Assembly: GCA_951406725.2 (NCBI GenBank)
Contig: OX597816.1
Span: 174,530,001 to 174,594,000 of the forward strand
Source of the DNA: Octopus vulgaris
Lineage: Eukaryota
Direction of reading: 5' to 3'
DNA: 64,000 nucleotides
The notes beneath the pieces are model-generated. The model was not told the origin of the DNA and ran no database searches. It worked only from the letters and a program-made list of their open reading frames with translations. Both the position numbers and the translations under genes were made by a program. Shown one piece after another: positions 1-12,915 of the stretch. Each line of letters opens with the position of its first letter. Positions within the stretch are counted from its first letter, which is position 1.

Positions 1-96
1 ATCTTGAGAAAGTCTCATCTTTTCTCTCTTGGGACTCCATCTGATGTGCTGCAACAAGCCTTTGCTGATCTTGAGAAAGTCTCATCTACATTAACC

Positions 97-241
97 AATT
101 TGGAAATACCTTGCAGTTGCTGTGATAATTATGAATTTTTGTTAATTGAATGGTAGATGTAAATTAACCAAATATAAGCAATTTGGAAATACCTTGCAAC
201 TGCTGTGATAATTATGAACTGTTAATTGAATGGTAGATGTT
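97..241. repeat. Local tandem duplication, ~82-bp period
   Basis: aatttggaaataccttgca..tgctgtgataattatgaa..gttaattgaatggtagatgt occurs twice; a 20-mer is also repeated at 1 and 68. Confidence 0.8.
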
Positions 242-742
242 CATTTTTATATAACTTGGACGTTCCACATAAATGCTTTTTGTCAAGAGTTTGTGTAGAT
301 GTATGCGTGTGTTCAATAACATGCATAATGGGCATGCAAACACACACATACTCACAGACACATACACATTCATATACAAAATGTGATGATATGCACACAT
401 ACACTCTCACATACATACAGTAAGGGAGACACATACAGACATACATTCACACATGTCAGTAGTCACATGTGTATATGTAGATGTATGTGTATGTTTAATA
501 ATGTACCTAACACAGAAACAAACACACAGTCAGAGAAACATACACACTCATACACCCACACATATACACTCAAAAACACATACACACTCATATATGTGAT
601 GTCGTCATCATCGTGGTTTGAAATGTCCTTTACTATCCCATACATATTGAATGTGCAAACACACACACAAAATGAAAGAATAAAAGTGAAACAATATTAC
701 ACAACGGTTTTTGGTAGCGGGAGAAGTGTAATTAGTGTATTT

Positions 743-1170
743 GGATCTTTTCGGTTTGAACGGCAGTTTTAACATAATTTCTATGTAACTAAAAAATTTT
801 AAACTTTGTATACTGGTAGAATGTGTTTATAAAACATCTTTTTCTCTTGGCTTTATTGAGAAAATTCTATAGTTTGTAAGATATTTGTTGCTTTTTTTCT
901 TCAATTTCTGCAATTTCAACCAATCACTGACATGTATTGAGGTAAAAAAAACATTCTGTGCCGTATGAATATGTCCCTCGTTTAAGAAACCGATTGGGTT
1001 TATTTACATTTGTGAAGAAAAAAAGATACCCTTCTCCCACCCCTAACCCTAACTAACCCTAACCCTAAAACAGACTGAAATGCAAAGGATCGATACAAGG
1101 GTCATAATTATGGGTGACAATTTCATATGACACCGCTAGAAAAAGACTGCCGTTCAAACCGAAAAGATCC
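743..1170. mobile_element. MITE with ~27-bp TIRs (GGATCTTTTCGGTTTGAACGGCAGT)
   Basis: Terminal inverted repeats, internal (TAACCC)n, and an inverted second copy at 14736-15127. Confidence 0.85.
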
Positions 1171-1945
1171 CAAAAATATTTACACATGACAAAATTGAAA
1201 TACACTGAAATCAATTTTTCAGAGAGAGAGTGAGAGAGTATGTGTGTGTGAGAGAGTGAGTAAAAGAAACAGATACCTAAAAATGTGAAAGTGAGAAAAA
1301 GAAAGAGAAGTGATAAATATAAGAGAGAGAGAAAAGGGAGATTATCGCTTGAAAACTGCAGAAGTCAAAGGGAGAGAATCAGTTGAAAACTGCAGTTTTT
1401 AGAGAAAAACCCATGTGAAAAACTTTTTTTCAAGGTCGGTTTCTTGCATGACGTGGGAGCTCTGGGCAAAATGTTATATTGCATGACCATCCATGGCATA
1501 TAAGTAATGTGTGGGTAAAGTTTGGTGAAAATCGGTTGAAAACTGTAGAAAAGCATACATATTACACACACACAGTATACATCCTTTGTTTTTACACTCC
1601 ATATAGATTACTAGCATCATGCCTGAAAGAATGAACAAAATGACAGAATTCTCTCACATTTACTCAAAATATTTTGACTAAACATTCACTTTCCTGCATT
1701 CTTTTTCTCTTCTTTCATCTAGTTTTCTTTTCCTTGTTTCCAGTTTTGAAAAAGCAAAAATTGATGATATTTTGTCTAAAAAGGAATGCAGGATATTCAG
1801 TTCAAATTTTGAATTCTTGTACTTCTGCATATTTTTCATTTTTCATTTTGAACCTGAGAAAGACAGACAGACAGACTTTTGAAAAATTATTCAGTTCAAT
1901 AAATAGAGTCAGTCTCTAATTACTTCAAATTCTATCATGCTCTGC

Positions 1946-2049
1946 TTCATAATCATCATCATCATTATCATCTTCATCATCATCATCATCATAATCATCA
2001 TCATCATTATCATCATCATCATCATCATCATCATTATCATCATCATCAT
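1946..2049. repeat. (TCA)n microsatellite, expanded tail of an RTE element
   Basis: ~34 imperfect TCA units abutting the RTE 3' end. Confidence 0.9.
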
Positions 2050-2680
2050 TTAACATCCATTGTCCATACTGGCATGGGTTGGACAGTTTAACTGGGCTAG
2101 CACACTGGAAGGCTGCACCAGACTCCAGTCTGATTTGACATGGTTTTCTACGGCTGGATGCCCTTCGTAATGCCAACCACTCTGAGAGTGTTTTGGGTGC
2201 TGTTACATTCCACTGGCATGGGTGCCATTTGTGTGACACCAGGGTGTGTTTACATACCACCGACATGGATACCAATTTGCATGACACAGCTATCTGCCAT
2301 GACTGTGATTTTGCTTGACTTGATGGGGTTTCTTCCCAAGGTTAACATAATGCCAAAGGTCTTGGTCATTGCCTCTGTGAGACCCAACGCTCAAAAGGAA
2401 CTCAGCCACTTTGCCTCTGTCAGGGCCAATATTCAAAAGATGCACTTGGCTTGACGAGTCCTCTCAAGCACAGCACATCAGTCTCAGTCACCAGTCATTG
2501 CTTCTGTGAGGCTCAAAGTTCAAAGATCACGCTTCACCACATCATCCCATGTCTTCCTGGGTCTACCTCTACCACAGGTTTCCTCCACAGTTAGAGATCG
2601 GCACTTCTTTACACAGATGTCCTCATCCATATGCATCACATGACCAGCACAATTATCTCTCTTGCACACCACATCTGATT
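2050..2680 (-). mobile_element. RTE-clade LINE, 3' fragment
   Basis: Minus-strand GHVMHMDED..VEETCGRGRPRKTWDDVVKRDL, a typical RTE ORF C-terminus. The 3' UTR is shared with 30140-30306 and 43258-43510. Confidence 0.8.
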
Positions 2681-2708
2681 GTATAATAATAATAATAATA
2701 ATAATAAT

Positions 2709-3680
2709 GGAGTGCATCAACAGTGAAAGAAGAAACAAGGCAGAATATTTGGTAGACAACAAACAAGACCTGCTACAGTATGCTGCTAATGCAGAAGGAT
2801 TTACCAAAAATGGACTTGAGAATGCTATTGAATTCCGATCACAAATAGCCAATAAGAGAGAAAAAACTCCACTTCACATGGAATTACATGATCAATTCCA
2901 CCATGAAACTAACAACTTAAAAGGCCAGGAAGCATCATGGAGGTGGCTCAGCAAGGGTGACCTAAAAAAGAAGTCTGAAGACCTAATCGTTGCTGCCTAG
3001 GATCAGGCACTGAATACCAACTCAGTGAAAAGAGATATATACCACACAAGTGCAACAAACCTCTGCAGAATGTGTGGGAAGAGGGTCAAAAGTGTGATTC
3101 ATATTGTTAGTGCTTGTGAAAGTCTTGTGCAGAAAGAGTACAAGTGTAGACACGACAAGGTAGCCCAAAACCTTCACAGAAGATGGATACAAGTTAATGG
3201 GTGCTTGGTACCAACATACACCAGAAAAGGTCATGGACAAAAAGGGGGAGGCAAAAATCCTCCGGGACTTTGACTTTCAAACAGACAAGGTGTTAGAGCA
3301 CCGAAGGCCAGATATAGTAACCCTTAAGAAGGACAAACAACAGTGCCTAATAGTTGATGTAGTATAGTAGTGCCAGGAGATCAACATATTATCATGAAAG
3401 AAAGAGAAAAGAGTGATAAATATGGAGACCTGAGAATTGTGATCACCAAGATGTTGTCATCAGATCAATTCCACCCAACCTGAAGAAACACCTGGAAACT
3501 TTAAAAATACCCTACAATCTAGGTATATTGCAAAAATCAGCATTACTTAGAACAGCACACATATTGTGTAAAGTACTGTCTGAGGTCCTTGTTGTGACGT
3601 GACAGAGAGTACAAATCCCGGGTAGACATAATATCTTCAATCAACAACATCACAATAATGGGTACTATGTGGCATCTTAG
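2709..3680 (+). mobile_element. Degenerate R4/Dong-like non-LTR retrotransposon, 3' fragment
   Basis: CRMCG..SVIHIVSAC..YKCRHDKVA zinc knuckle and RPDIV..IVDV restriction-like endonuclease motif; (TAA)n on both sides. Confidence 0.8.
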
Positions 3681-3694
3681 ATAATAATAATGAT

Positions 3695-5000
3695 TTCTTT
3701 ATTAACCACAAAGGGTTTACATTAAGAAAAACATTGTGGACAGCACAGGACAAACAGAACGTGGGATTACATAAAAGTCATGTAAACAAGGAAAAACAAT
3801 AAAATATAACAACAAAATTCTCCAAAAGAGGGAGACCTCTTAGGACTGCTCGAGGAAACCCCACAAATTCATGACAGTCCTGACACCAGGGTAAGTACCC
3901 TCTTCACAAAAGGTGCATGCTTAGAGTAGACCCATTCAGCCGAGCCATCCACACTACATTCCCCCACCTTTTAACAAAATTGCTGGACGGCAGCACTTCC
4001 CTCTCCACTTTCATTTTCCTTTTCAACTAGTCCACCACACAACCTCTTTCCCTAAGGCTACCAGGCAAAGAAAACAGCCTACCCTTCCCAGCCAAAAAAG
4101 GACAGTGGGATCTTCATAATGGACTCAGCCAATAGCTAGATCCATCCAACATATGATAGCAGGTGTTCAACATAAACCCACAAGTCAGAAATATTCAGGC
4201 ACTGGACAAGAGCATGCAGAACAGTTTCCTCACTCTGCATGTACCTCAGGCAAGCCCAGCTGATGGCACTTCCATACCTGTAGAGTTTATCCCAAACTGG
4301 CAATGCCCCACCAGCTGTACTGTCAGGCCAGGGATTTCTGGAAGTTATCCATGGGTATCGGCTCAAAAGTCCTCCAGAACAAACCAGCCAACTCATTCTT
4401 GTCGACACCCACAGTCACCCCAAGAATGTTGTTACACTTGCCTGCCACTAACCCTCTATAGAATGCTTGAGTGGAACTTCCACTGACTGACAAAGGACTG
4501 TGATCACCTGACAACACTCTGGATGCCAGGCACTCTGTCTTGGTCTACACTTGATCCAGACAAAGAGACAAGATGTGGGAAATCATGTCTGACAAATGGC
4601 AACCACACTTGCTCACCATCTAGGAAGCACTGGAGGTGTCTCAGCTTCAGCAGATGTCTGTGCATCAGCAGACACAGCATGCCCAGCCCTCCGTTCAGTG
4701 GGTATTGACAGCAAATGGAGTTCCTGACAAGTGGAACACACCTCCACAGTGGCAATCTGGCAGAGACGTTAGCACGCTGGATAAACCACTTAGTGGTATT
4801 TTCTCTGTCTTTATGTTCTGATTTCAAATTTTGCTGGGATCAACTTTGCATTTCATCCTTTTGGGGTTGATGAATTAAGTACCACTTGTGTACTGGGGTC
4901 AATCTAATCGACTGGCCCCCTCCCCAAAATTTTGGGCCTTGTGCCTAGAGCAGAAAAGAAAGCGGAGAAGCACATGCTCCAGTTTCAGATGGACCAGTCT
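3695..5000 (-). mobile_element. Degenerate L1/Tx1-like LINE, 3' fragment (interrupted by a SINE)
   Basis: Minus-strand LRFL / PLNGGLGM and zf-RVT-like LPVWDKL..C..EETVLHALVQC..LW. Confidence 0.75.
4750..4955 (+). mobile_element. SINE family B copy (duplicate at ~7172-7377)
   Basis: ctggcaga..cgttagcacgc..tttcatccttttggggttgat..attaagtacc core. Confidence 0.75.
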
Positions 5001-7893
5001 ACTTATATCACAATTGCATCCCTTGTTAACCTGTGATAATGCAGTATGGTTGTTTTCTGGAACCCCTTTCATATTGTAGTTCTTTGTGGTCTTACTTGTA
5101 CCAGGCACCAAGTTGATTTTTACATTTGATCCATTCCTATATCATCGCTAAATTGATTTACCTGGTCATTCTTAACATAGTTTCATGTCATCCATAAAAA
5201 GGATGAAACGCAAAAACCAACTTTTGTGAAATTTGAATTCAGATTGTAAAGACTCAAAAGAAATGCCACTGAGCATTTTGTCCAACTCATTAACAATTTT
5301 GATAGTTTGCTGCCTTAATGATATCAATAATAATTTCAAATAAGAAAATAGAATATGACTTGAAGGTAATTTGGCTGTTATCTCTAGTAGGTCATTCTCT
5401 TGTTGGCCCTAGGATCAGGCACTGAATACCAACTCAGTAGCCAAAAAATAAAAGAGATATATACCACACAAGTGCAACAAACCTCTGCAGAATGTGTGGG
5501 AAGAGGGTCAAAAGTGTGATTCATATTGTTAGTGCTTGTGAAAGTCTTGTGCAGAAAGAGTACAAGTGTAGACACGACAAGGTAGCCCAAAACCTTCACA
5601 GAAGATGGATACAAGTTAATGGGTGCTTGGTACCAACATACACCAGAAAAGGTCATGGACAAAAAGGGGGAGGCAAAAATCCTCCGGGACTTTGACTTTC
5701 AAACAGACAAGGTGTTAGAGCACCGAAGGCCAGATATAGTAACCCTTAAGAAGGACAAACAACAGTGCCTAATAGTTGATGTAGTATAGTAGTGCCAGGA
5801 GATCAACATATTATCATGAAAGAAAGAGAAAAGAGTGATAAATATGGAGACCTGAGAATTGTGATCACCAAGATGTTGTCATCAGATCAATTCCACCCAA
5901 CCTGAAGAAACACCTGGAAACTTTAAAAATACCCTACAATCTAGGTATATTGCAAAAATCAGCATTACTTAGAACAGCACACATATTGTGTAAAGTACTG
6001 TCTGAGGTCCTTGTTGTGACGTGACAGAGAGTACAAATCCGGGTAGACATAATATCTTCAATCAACAACATCACAATAATGGGTACTATGTGGCATCTTA
6101 GATAATAATAATGATTTCTTTATTAACCACAAAGGGTTTACATTAAGAAAAACATTGTGGACAGCACAGGACAAACAGAACGTGGGATTACATAAAAGTC
6201 ATGTAAACAAGGAAAAACAATAAAATATAACAACAAAATTCTCCAAAAGAGGGAGACCTCTTAGGACTGCTCGAGGAAACCCCACAAATTCATGACAGTC
6301 CTGACACCAGGGTAAGTACCCTCTTCACAAAAGGTGCATGCTTAGAGTAGACCCATTCAGCCGAGCCATCCACACTACATTCCCCCACCTTTTAACAAAA
6401 TTGCTGGACGGCAGCACTTCCCTCTCCACTTTCATTTTCCTTTTCAACTAGTCCACCACACAACCTCTTTCCCTAAGGCTACCAGGCAAAGAAAAACAGC
6501 CTACCCTTCCCAGCCAAAAAAGGACAGTGGGATCTTCATAATGGACTCAGCCAATAGCTAGATCCATCCAACATATGATAGCAGGTGTTCAACATAAACC
6601 CACAAGTCAGAAATATTCAGGCACTGGACAAGAGCATGCAGAACAGTTTCCTCACTCTGCATGTACCTCAGGCAAGCCCAGCTGATGGCACTTCCATACC
6701 TGTAGAGTTTATCCCAAACTGGCAATGCCCCACCAGCTGTACTGTCAGGCCAGGGATTTCTGGAAGTTATCCATGGGTATCGGCTCAAAAGTCCTCCAGA
6801 ACAAACCAGCCAACTCATTCTTGTCGACACCCACAGTCACCCCAAGAATGTTGTTACACTTGCCTGCCACTAACCCTCTATAGAATGCTTGAGTGGAACT
6901 TCCACTGACTGACAAAGGACTGTGATCACCTGACAACACTCTGGATGCCAGGCACTCTGTCTTGGTCTACACTTGATCCAGACAAAGAGACAAGATGTGG
7001 GAAATCATGTCTGACAAATGGCAACCACACTTGCTCACCATCTAGGAAGCACTGGAGGTGTCTCAGCTTCAGCAGATGTCTGTGCATCAGCAGACACAGC
7101 ATGCCCAGCCCTCCGTTCAGTGGGTATTGACAGCAAATGGAGTTCCTGACAAGTGGAACACACCTCCACAGTGGCAATCTGGCAGAGACGTTAGCACGCT
7201 GGATAAACCACTTAGTGGTATTTTCTCTGTCTTTATGTTCTGATTTCAAATTTTGCTGGGATCAACTTTGCATTTCATCCTTTTGGGGTTGATGAATTAA
7301 GTACCACTTGTGTACTGGGGTCAATCTAATCGACTGGCCCCCTCCCCAAAATTTTGGGCCTTGTGCCTAGAGCAGAAAAGAAAGCGGAGAAGCACATGCT
7401 CCAGTTTCAGATGGACCAGTCTACTTATATCACAATTGCATCCCTTGTTAACCTGTGATAATGCAGTATGGTTGTTTTCTGGAACCCCTTTCATATTGTA
7501 GTTCTTTGTGGTCTTACTTGTACCAGGCACCAAGTTGATTTTTACATTTGATCCATTCCTATATCATCGCTAAATTGATTTACCTGGTCATTCTTAACAT
7601 AGTTTCATGTCATCCATAAAAAGGATGAAACGCAAAAACCAACTTTTGTGAAATTTGAATTCAGATTGTAAAGACTCAAAAGAAATGCCACTGAGCATTT
7701 TGTCCAACTCATTAACAATTTTGATAGTTTGCTGCCTTAATGATATCAATAATAATTTCAAATAAGAAAATAGAATATGACTTGAAGGTAATTTGGCTGT
7801 TATCTCTAGTAGGTCATTCTCTTGTTGGCCCTGGGGTTTTACTTCATTGTTTTCATTCCTCTCTAGTCTTGGAGCCACTAAAAAATCCATTTT

Positions 7894-8288
7894 AGTATTG
7901 CCCGGCGTTGTTCGGGTTTGTAAGGGAAATAACTATATAAGCATTTTTAGAGGGTTATAGCCAAAAAATAGCAAAAAAAATGCATTAAAAATGGAAAAAA
8001 AAGATGGTAAATTTTTTTTTAAATCGTTGACTCATCATAGACAATTTTAGAAAGTTACTTCCCTTATATAATAGCGAAAAAATGCATTAAAATGGAAAAA
8101 ATGATGGTAAATTTTTTTTTAAATCGTAGACTCATCGTAGACGCGCGCTAATACCCAGAAGGGCTCGATATGAATCACGACTATAAGATACCCGGTTTTG
8201 GTTAAACTACACCGCAAAATGTGGGAGTAGTTAGGAATCTAAATCGTAGGAGACAGACAGCACACAACCTCTCTTTTATATATAAAGA
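7894..8288 (-). mobile_element. Non-autonomous Helitron, 3' CTAG lost
   Basis: Reverse-complement match to 12916-13310; TC 5' end and subterminal hairpin are present. Confidence 0.8.
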
Positions 8289-8443
8289 TTTCTAGTGCTG
8301 ATGGCTGAAATGCTCAATGCTTTGTGTTCCTATTTTTGTATGCTGTTGTTGTTTGATCTCAGTTAGCCATGGCTCAATAAGACCTAGAATCATCAAAGGC
8401 TTTCTAGACATGGCTATTCTGTCTTTTTGTATACCTAAAACTA

Positions 8444-8659
8444 TGAGGAGGTGCTGAAAATTTCCTGGCTTTAAAGGTGTTGTGAAAGGCCTGATTGGAG
8501 ACCCAACCTTCTGAGTTCTTTTACAGGGCTTAGAAAATTGAAGGACTGCTGCAATAAGTGTGTGAATCTGAGAGGGGAATATGCTGCATAAAATCCTAAT
8601 TAACTGATCCTCCGGTATTTTCTCTCACCCAAAGCCAGGAACTTTTCAGCACCCCCTTG
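8444..8659. mobile_element. Mariner-type MITE
   Basis: TA-flanked ~29-bp imperfect TIRs (TGAGGAGGTGCTGAAAATTTCCTGGCTTT / AAAGCCAGGAACTTTTCAGCACCCCCTTG). Confidence 0.8.
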
Positions 8660-8899
8660 TACACTGGCTAATATGTGATTTGAGGGAATTTGCTGTTATT
8701 TCTAAGCATGTTGAGGGACCACATAGCTGCTCCCTTGTTAATAGGATTTCATTTACTTTTCCCCATTAGAACTGATTGACTCTTTCAGGCCCTTTGAAAT
8801 GTCTTTGTTATCCCAATCTTCTTGCTTTAATTTTTTTTCCTATATTTACTGAAGAAAAATATCCTACAAATAAACACGTCTTGTTTAGAAATAATCAGA

Positions 8900-9750
8900 A
8901 ACTTTCAACACTTGCAATTTCTCTTCAGGATGGTGAGTAGATGTGCTCACCTTTCATTCACTGTTTTTGCACAGTTCATAACTTTGATGGAGCAGCAGTC
9001 TTAGACAAAGACTGGATACTTGGCACCTGGAATGTTGTGAAGCACTTATAGCTCTCTTTCAATCAAGCATATAACCCATGGGACTTATTCTATAGAGGAC
9101 TAATGATAAGAAACTATAACACTGCTCTCAGAGAAACACTGGGCAACAACAAGAATCAAATGGCTGGCCTGTTCTGCAGAAGTTTCAGCTCAGAAGCATG
9201 GATAATTTCCAGAAATCCCTGCCCAGGCAGTGCTATTGGAGTTACTGTTAGTTTGAGATAAACTCAACAGACATAGAAATGCCATCATTGTGTCTATCTG
9301 AAATGCACGCAGAGTTGTGAAACCATTCCACATGCACTGATTCAGTGTCCAAGCATTATTGACATGTACAGTTTTACCAAAACGATTTTGTATGCAGGAC
9401 AGATCTATCCAGCTCTTGACCAAGTACATATTGAAGTTTGCACCACTGTTTTTCTTTACCTGAAAAGGGCTGGTAGTTTTCCTCTGTCAAGTAAGCTATA
9501 GCAAAAAAAAAAGGTTGTATGTTGGATGCAAGTGATTGGACTGAGGACAGATATTTACCTCTCAACCAAGCCCTCATCAACTTTTTCAGCTTCCTCTTGA
9601 GGAGGAAAATCAGAGTGGAGAGAGAGGTGCTGCTCTCCAGTAAATTTGTTGACATGTAGATGAAAGTAACAAGAATGGTTTGAATGAATGGGCCTACTCT
9701 TAGAATGAATCTATAGATTGCAAAATAACAGTTTGGAGAGGGCACTTACC
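8900..9750 (+). mobile_element. Older L1/Tx1-like LINE remnant
   Basis: 9140-9360 aligns by eye with the reverse complement of 4180-4410 (catggataa.ttccagaaatccctg). Boundaries are approximate. Confidence 0.6.
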
Positions 9751-10006
9751 TTTGGTCATCAAAGTAATTCTAGATTTTTGTAGTTCCTTAATTGGTTTTA
9801 AACAATAGTCATCTCTCTGGAGCCTTTTTGTAAATTGTCCCAGTAAGTTGCAGATTTGATACTTTGTAATTATTGTTGATCATGCAGACCTATTATTAAA
9901 GTAATTCCAAGCGTAACTATCCTATTGTTTCTCTTCAGACAAAGCTTTTCCATGACTATATTATTTTAGATGTCCTTCCTTTTTTTAAGATTGTAGAGGG
10001 ATATTT

Positions 10007-10423
10007 ACTCTTTTACTCTTTTACTTGTTTCAGTCATTTGACTGTGGCCATGCTGGAGCACTGTCTTTAGTCGAGCAAATCGACACCGGGACTTATTCTT
10101 TGTAAGCCCAGTACTTATTCTATCGGTCTCTTTTGCCAAACCGCTAAGTGACGGGGACGTTAATACACCAGCATCGGTTGTCAAGCAATGCTAGGGGGAC
10201 AAACACAGACACACAAACACATACACACACATACATATATATATATATATACATATATATGACAGGCTTCTTTCAGTTTCCGTCTACCAAATCAACTCAC
10301 AAGGCATTGGTCGGCCCGGGGCTATAGCAGAAGACACTTGCCGAAGATGCCATGCAGTGGGACTAAACCCGGAACCATGTGGTTGGTTAGCAAGCTACTT
10401 ACCACACAGCCACTCCTGTGCCT
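10007..10423 (-). mobile_element. SINE family A (tRNA-derived head, internal TA/CA tract, AAAAGAGT tail)
   Basis: Near-identical to the other family A copies; A-box- and B-box-like head (tggctgtgtgg / ggttcagtccc). Confidence 0.9.
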
Positions 10424-11895
10424 ATATTTGGTTGCTATTGTAATCTTTGATCATGTCCTTTCAAATTATTGCCTTTAATTTTGCTTTTAATCCTTATAGT
10501 GTTGATAAAATAAATATACTAGGGTGATTATGATTTCAAAGTTTATCAGTTAATAAAAGGAAAAAATTGGTAGCTAGAATAAATGTCAGTCAACCTGCAT
10601 TTAGATTCTACATTTGTATTGAGACCTTCGTCAGTTTTTAAGGTTTCTTATAAACAGTCAAGCACTGAACTTAGTTTTATTGATAGTACTAGTTCCTTTA
10701 GAATGTACAGTTTTGTGTCTATGTTTCTGTTTTTTTATTAAGATGGCAAACTGGCAGAATCATTAGAGTATCAGAAAAAATGTATTGCAGTATTTGTTCT
10801 GGACCTTTACATTCTCAGTTCAAATCCTGCTGAGGTCAGCTTTGTCTGTCATCCCTCAGGGTGTCATTAAAACAAAGTGTCAATCAATTGTTATTGACTA
10901 AGCCCATAACCTTGAACTCTTAGCCTTGTACCTAAATCAGAAACCATTTTTAAGATGGTTAATGGCTAAGGAGAAGAGGGCCACATTAAATACCTTGTGG
11001 TATTTAGTTACAACCCTTTGCATTGAGTTCGAATCCCTTTGAGGTCAACTTTGCATTTACTTCCTCCCAGGATTTCTAAGAATTAGAATCCAGGCTTGTG
11101 TTTGTTATTTAATTAATAACAAAGAGCTGAATACTTTTAAAAAGAAACAATAAAAAAGAAAAGGATACCAATTAATCAGTAGCACTCTTCACTGATTGAC
11201 TCACTATTAGACTGTGTTCTCCTTTACCTCTTCTACAGTAACTACAGTGGCCTCTGCTCTCCTGAACCAGCTGTGTACATATCTGCCTCATAGCTAAAGC
11301 CACTTGATGTGTTAATTTCTCCTCCCCTCAAGACTGATTCTTTATCTTGCACAATTATACCTCACAATAAACATATTTTCCAAAATGTCTTCCCCAACCT
11401 CTTTACTGTCCACTTATCTAATATTTCCTTTCCAAACTGAACTACAATCATGGTAACTTTACCTTGTTAACTCTATCTTCAAATGTAACATGGCCTAAGC
11501 AATAAAGAATAACTAGTGTAGAGCCAGCAGATAAGATGAAGTGCTTGCCAGAAAAAGTGCTGGAGTGAAAAAAAGCAAGGAAAATCCTTTTGAAGTTCTC
11601 TGATGCTTAACATTAAAACTTAAGGATTAAATGTCGTTTTTGGATTTGGTTTGCAAGATTCTTTATATGAGTTTGTATGTTGAAGCATATTCTGTTGTGT
11701 CTGGGGTGAGTCATTCTCTTTTAGTGCCTTAAGGTTGCAAGACGCTACAAAAATTTTAGAAAAATAAAAAAGAAATAAGTGGAAATTTTTCCAGTACATG
11801 TGTTAAATTATAAGGCACCAAAAGAGAATGACTCTCCCAGACACAACAGATTAAGGATTAATCGGTGAGCTGGTAGATACAACAGATTAAGGATT

Positions 11896-12124
11896 AAGGC
11901 AGCGAACTGGCAGAACCGTTAGCACGCTGGGCGAAATGCGTAGCCGTATTTCGTCTGCCGTTACATTCTGAGTTCAAATTCCACCGAGGTCGACTTTGCC
12001 TTTCATCCTTTTGGGGTTGATAAATTAAGTACCAGTTACTCACTGGGTCGATGTAATCAACTTAATCCGTTTGTCTGTCTTTGTTTGTTCCCTCTATGTT
12101 TGGCCCCTTGTGGGTAGTAAAGAA
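11896..12124 (+). mobile_element. SINE family B
   Basis: Nearly identical to 39267-39496; flanked by the direct repeat acagattaaggat. Confidence 0.85.
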
Positions 12125-12915
12125 ACAGATTAAGGATCAAAATTTTAGTTGAATTGGTTGTGAGGTTGAAGTTATTTAGCTCAAGGTTAACTTTGATTGA
12201 GATGACCTACAATGAAAGGTATTCCAGCAGTGACTATCCCATCTTGTTTACAGGCATTGTGTACCTTGGATGATATTGTCTAACATGTTCCTACTTGAGA
12301 TAAGTCATGATTTAAGGAAATTTGCAACTATCCATAGTAGGTAAAGTGACTGAGTAGAAGTTGAAAAGTCAGAAAGAAAATTCAATATTTTTACTTCAGA
12401 ATGTTAGATGTGATAATGCTAAAGAAGGATGTTCAATGATGTAGACAATGGTTCTCTGTTGACTGAGTATGGATGTAAGCATATAATAACAGAAAACAAA
12501 CGATAGCAACATGCTGGTCCAACCTTGAAGTTTTAATTAGAAACAATGTGAGTGGATTCGCATTGAATTTTGTTATTTTTTTTTTTTTTAGTGTGATTTG
12601 GCAATAAATTGCTTTCAGTTTGGGCCTTTATTACGTCAACAGGATTATGCTATGGATTCCAACAGGTTTTAAAATGATTTATTGAGTTCAGGTGGAACAA
12701 GTCGAAGCTTCTTTGAACAGTTTGTGTCTTCTTTGACACCCAAAGTTATGAAACTTTTCTTTAGCATTTTATTGACATATATTTAAGGAGGTGGCATGTC
12801 CCGTCAGTAGGTTTGAAACTTATTTTAATAGGCTGTTGCAAACTATCTGCTGAAAAAACAGTGAATGGATGTGATTTCAAGTTATAACTTTTAGTTTTTG
12901 TTCTAAATACAATTA

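Larger units (their letters stand above)
2996..7832. repeat. Near-identical tandem duplication, unit ~2.42 kb
   Basis: ~2996-5410 is repeated at ~5408-7832; identical ORFs recur at offset 2422. Confidence 0.95.

Noticed and set aside
1041-1067. Telomere or chromosome-fusion relic
   Set aside because: Only about four units, and they lie inside a MITE.
1925-2287. ORF with a long poly-Asp tract
   Set aside because: It is the (GAT)n tail of an RTE element.
9750-9870. Possible minus-strand exon ending at a good donor (ag|gtaagtg), suggesting a gene divergent from cyclin F
   Set aside because: No clear acceptor, no partner exons and no recognisable protein; it abuts a decayed LINE.
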